Part shown: positions 61,301 to 64,000 of the stretch, one piece after another
How the letters are laid out: each line of letters begins with the position of its first letter
Numbering within the stretch: the stretch's first letter is position 1
DNA from: Haplodiscus bocki
Taxonomy: Eukaryota
Direction of reading: 5' to 3'
Length of the DNA: 64,000 nt
Assembly (NCBI GenBank): GCA_965655095.1
Contig: OZ296655.1
Location: 25,606,001-25,670,000, forward strand
The notes under the pieces: model-generated
Databases searched by the model: none
Seen by the model: only the letters and a program-made list of their open reading frames with translations
Told to the model about the DNA's origin: nothing
Position numbers and translations under genes: made by a program

Positions 61301-64000
61301 GCCATTTCCAGTTGACTGACAATCATAATGAGAGAAATTGTTTGAACCGAAACGAAAATCCAACTGAGGCTGTCTTTTTGAATTCGGGTATCTTTAATGA
61401 GTTTAAGTCAACTGTTACTGCTATGCATGGTAGAGAAAAGTGAACGAAAAAGTTTTGCTGATCACAATGAAAAAATGATAAGTAGGTGTGTTTTCACGAA
61501 AAAAACAGAGGGCTTAGCAAAATTTTCCTAAATTCGCAACTTTCCACAACTTATAAGAAAATGAAGTCTTTTGCTGGGAATTTTTTTCTACTCCTCCGAC
61601 CTTTACCAAAATTTGACACAAAATTCAACTTGAATTTACAAGAAATTGCTATGTCAAGGAACCTAATACGTTGAACAGACAAAAAGTTATGGATAAGGAA
61701 TTACGAATTTTGTCAGACTTTCAAACAAAACTTCAGTAAAAAAAATCAAAAGTAGAGCTAAATAACTTTTTGTCTAACAAAGATAGAAGGTTCGCTTACC
61801 AAAAATTTTTTTGTCGTGTCAAGTTGTACTTCCGCGTCAATTTTTGGTTAAAGATGGAATAAAAATGAAAAAAAACGCAAAGCAAGAAACTTTAGGTAAC
61901 CCAATCATAAGCAACGAAGTTTGAAGCTGCTCAGTTTTTTTGCACTGATTGGATCTCTACCATTTTTTGACTTAAAAAAAGTTGACAAGGTAAAAAAAAA
62001 CGCTGGGTCAAAAAACCTTCCATTTTGAAAAGACAAAGAGTTTTCAAGCTAGAAAGGCGAATTTTGACACATTTTGAAGCTAAAAATAGTCAAATCCCAA
62101 GTTTCAAGCTCAAGAACCTGTTGTCCAGTTGAGATAGAATGTTCGCTGAACCCTTGTTTTTTTGTCATCTCAGTTTAAACTTTTGGTCAAAATGTGGTGA
62201 GATTGCAGATGTGGAAAAAATTCCAAGCAAAAAAGCTATTGGTACTTTGAAAAGCTGTACCGAAAGTTTTTTGCTTTGCGTTTTTTTACTTTTTATACCA
62301 GTTTTACTAAAAAAAGGCATGAAATAAAACATGAGGAAACAAAAAAACGTGTGGTCAACAAACATTCTGTCTTTGTTAGAAAAAAAAGGTTTTCTACCCT
62401 AATTGTGATTTTTTTCTGGACTTTTGCTTGAAAGTGTGTCAAAATTCATATTACCAGCTCCATAACTTTCTGTCTATACAAGATAAAAGGTTGGTTGTCC
62501 CCGCGTTTTTTCAGTAATTTCATGCTGAATTATGTGCAAAAATTGGAGGAGCAGAAAAAAGTTCGAAGCAACAGATATCTTGAGCTTGTAAGTGGTGGAA
62601 AGTTGTGTTTTTTAGGAAGTTTTGCAAAGTCCTGGGTTTTGCTCGCGAAATGACACCCAGTTGACATCTAGTCAAAACAGACGGCAAAAAGTCCTTTTTT
62701 TCATCTATTTCCACCATCCATAACAAAAACAGTTGAAATAAAGTCACTACCGAATCTCGAATTGAACATCATAGCATCGGTTCCGTTTCTGTTCCGGTTC
62801 AACCAATTTCTCGCAAAATGACTGGCTGCCGGCAGGAAGTAGCTGATTTATCTGACATTTGATTGGACGATACGGTTTCCAGGCAAGATCAACTCACTTC
62901 AATGTTACCATTTTCCAGGCTCAGTGAACAGTTTTCCGGGCAAAATAGTAATTCTTTTTCAAAGAGCTAGTGAACTCACAGAACCTGAAACGTGTTGTCC
63001 AATCAAACATCAGATAAATAGGCCATTTCCAGTTGACTGCCAATCATATTGAGAGAAACTGTTTGAACCAAAACGAAAATCGAACTGAGGCTGTTTTTTC
63101 GAATTCGGGTATCTTTAATGAGTTTAAGTCAACTGTTACTGCTATGGATGGTAGAGAAAAGTGAACAAACAAGTTTTGCTGATCGCAATGAAAAAATGAT
63201 AAGTAGGTGTGTTTTCACGAAAAAAAAAACAGAGGACTTAGCAAAATTTTCCTAACTTCGCAATTTTCCACAACTTATAAGAAAATGAAGTCTTTTGCTG
63301 GGAATTTTTTTCTACTCCTCCGATCTTTACCAAATGTTGACACAAAATTCAACTTGAATTTACAAGAAATTGCGGTGTCAATGGACCTAATACTTTGAAC
63401 AGACAAAAAATTATGGATAAGGAATTATAAATTTTTTCAGACTTTAAAAAAAACTTCAGTAATAAAATCAAAAGTAGAGCTAAATAACCTTTTTTGAAAC
63501 AAAGATAGAAAGTCCGCTTACCAAAAAATTCTTTGTTTTGTCAAGTTGTACTTCCGTGTCAATTTTTGGTTAAAGATGGAAAGAAAATGAAAAAAAACGC
63601 GAAGCAAAAACTTTAGATACCCAAACATAGGCAACGAAATAATATGCTGCTCAGTTTTTTCCACTGATTGGGTCTCTACCAATTTTGACTTAAAAAAAGC
63701 TGACATGGTAAATAAAACGCGGGTTCAACAAACCTTCCAATTTGAAAAAACATAGAGTTTCCAGGCTAGAGAGGCCTATTTTGACACATTTTGAAGCTAA
63801 AAATAGTCAAATCTCAAATATCAAGCTCAAGAACTTGTTGTCCAGTTGAGATAGAATGTCGCTGAACCCTTGTTTTCTTGTCATCTCAATTTAAACTTTT
63901 GGTCAAAATGTGGTGAGATTGCAGATGTGGAAAAAATGCCAAGCAAAAAAGCTATTGGTACTTTGAAAAGCTGTACCGAAAGTTTTTTGCTTTGTGTTTT
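58350..64000. repeat. ~1.72-kb tandem repeat (~3.3 copies, running off the right edge), each unit made of two inverted ~0.8-kb halves
   Basis: ORF twins are offset by 1718-1721 (60421/62139, 60802/62520, 61486/63207). Segment 59337-59442 is the approximate reverse complement of 59551-59656, and the symmetry extends outward for ~700 bp. A second symmetry centre lies near 60355. Confidence 0.93.

Noticed and set aside
56681-64000. Short ORFs in the 505-bp and 1.72-kb repeats
   Set aside because: Frames are not preserved between copies (indels in homopolymers), and ORFs on opposite strands mirror each other because of the palindromic structure.

Overview
This looks like eukaryotic (probably animal) heterochromatin-type DNA, and I cannot support any intact protein-coding gene in it. 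Bases 1-~40283 are one same-orientation array of a 76-bp satellite. Its edges are divergent and its core is homogenised into nested higher-order repeats, including an apparently exact 8330-bp tandem duplication. The array ends abruptly and is followed by a patchwork: a ~195-bp satellite, a ~505/330-bp repeat family, and a CpG-rich 31-bp minisatellite. Next comes a frameshifted ~3.8-kb reading frame (45433-49204, +) that reads as zinc-finger-like region, tyrosine recombinase (YR) and SET domain. A 3335-bp TG...CA solo-LTR-like insertion with a 4-bp target-site duplication (TSD) sits at 50036-53370 and carries duplicated CCAAT-YY1-TATA-Inr promoters and hairpin arrays. A second, more decayed YR-like frame lies on the minus strand (~53900-55800). 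The window ends in a ~1.72-kb tandem repeat built from alternating inverted halves. The best candidate for an undescribed system is a satellite-embedded YR mobile element that carries its own histone-methyltransferase-like SET domain and is framed by a dedicated repeat family. All alignments and motif calls were made by eye, and boundaries marked ~ are approximate.
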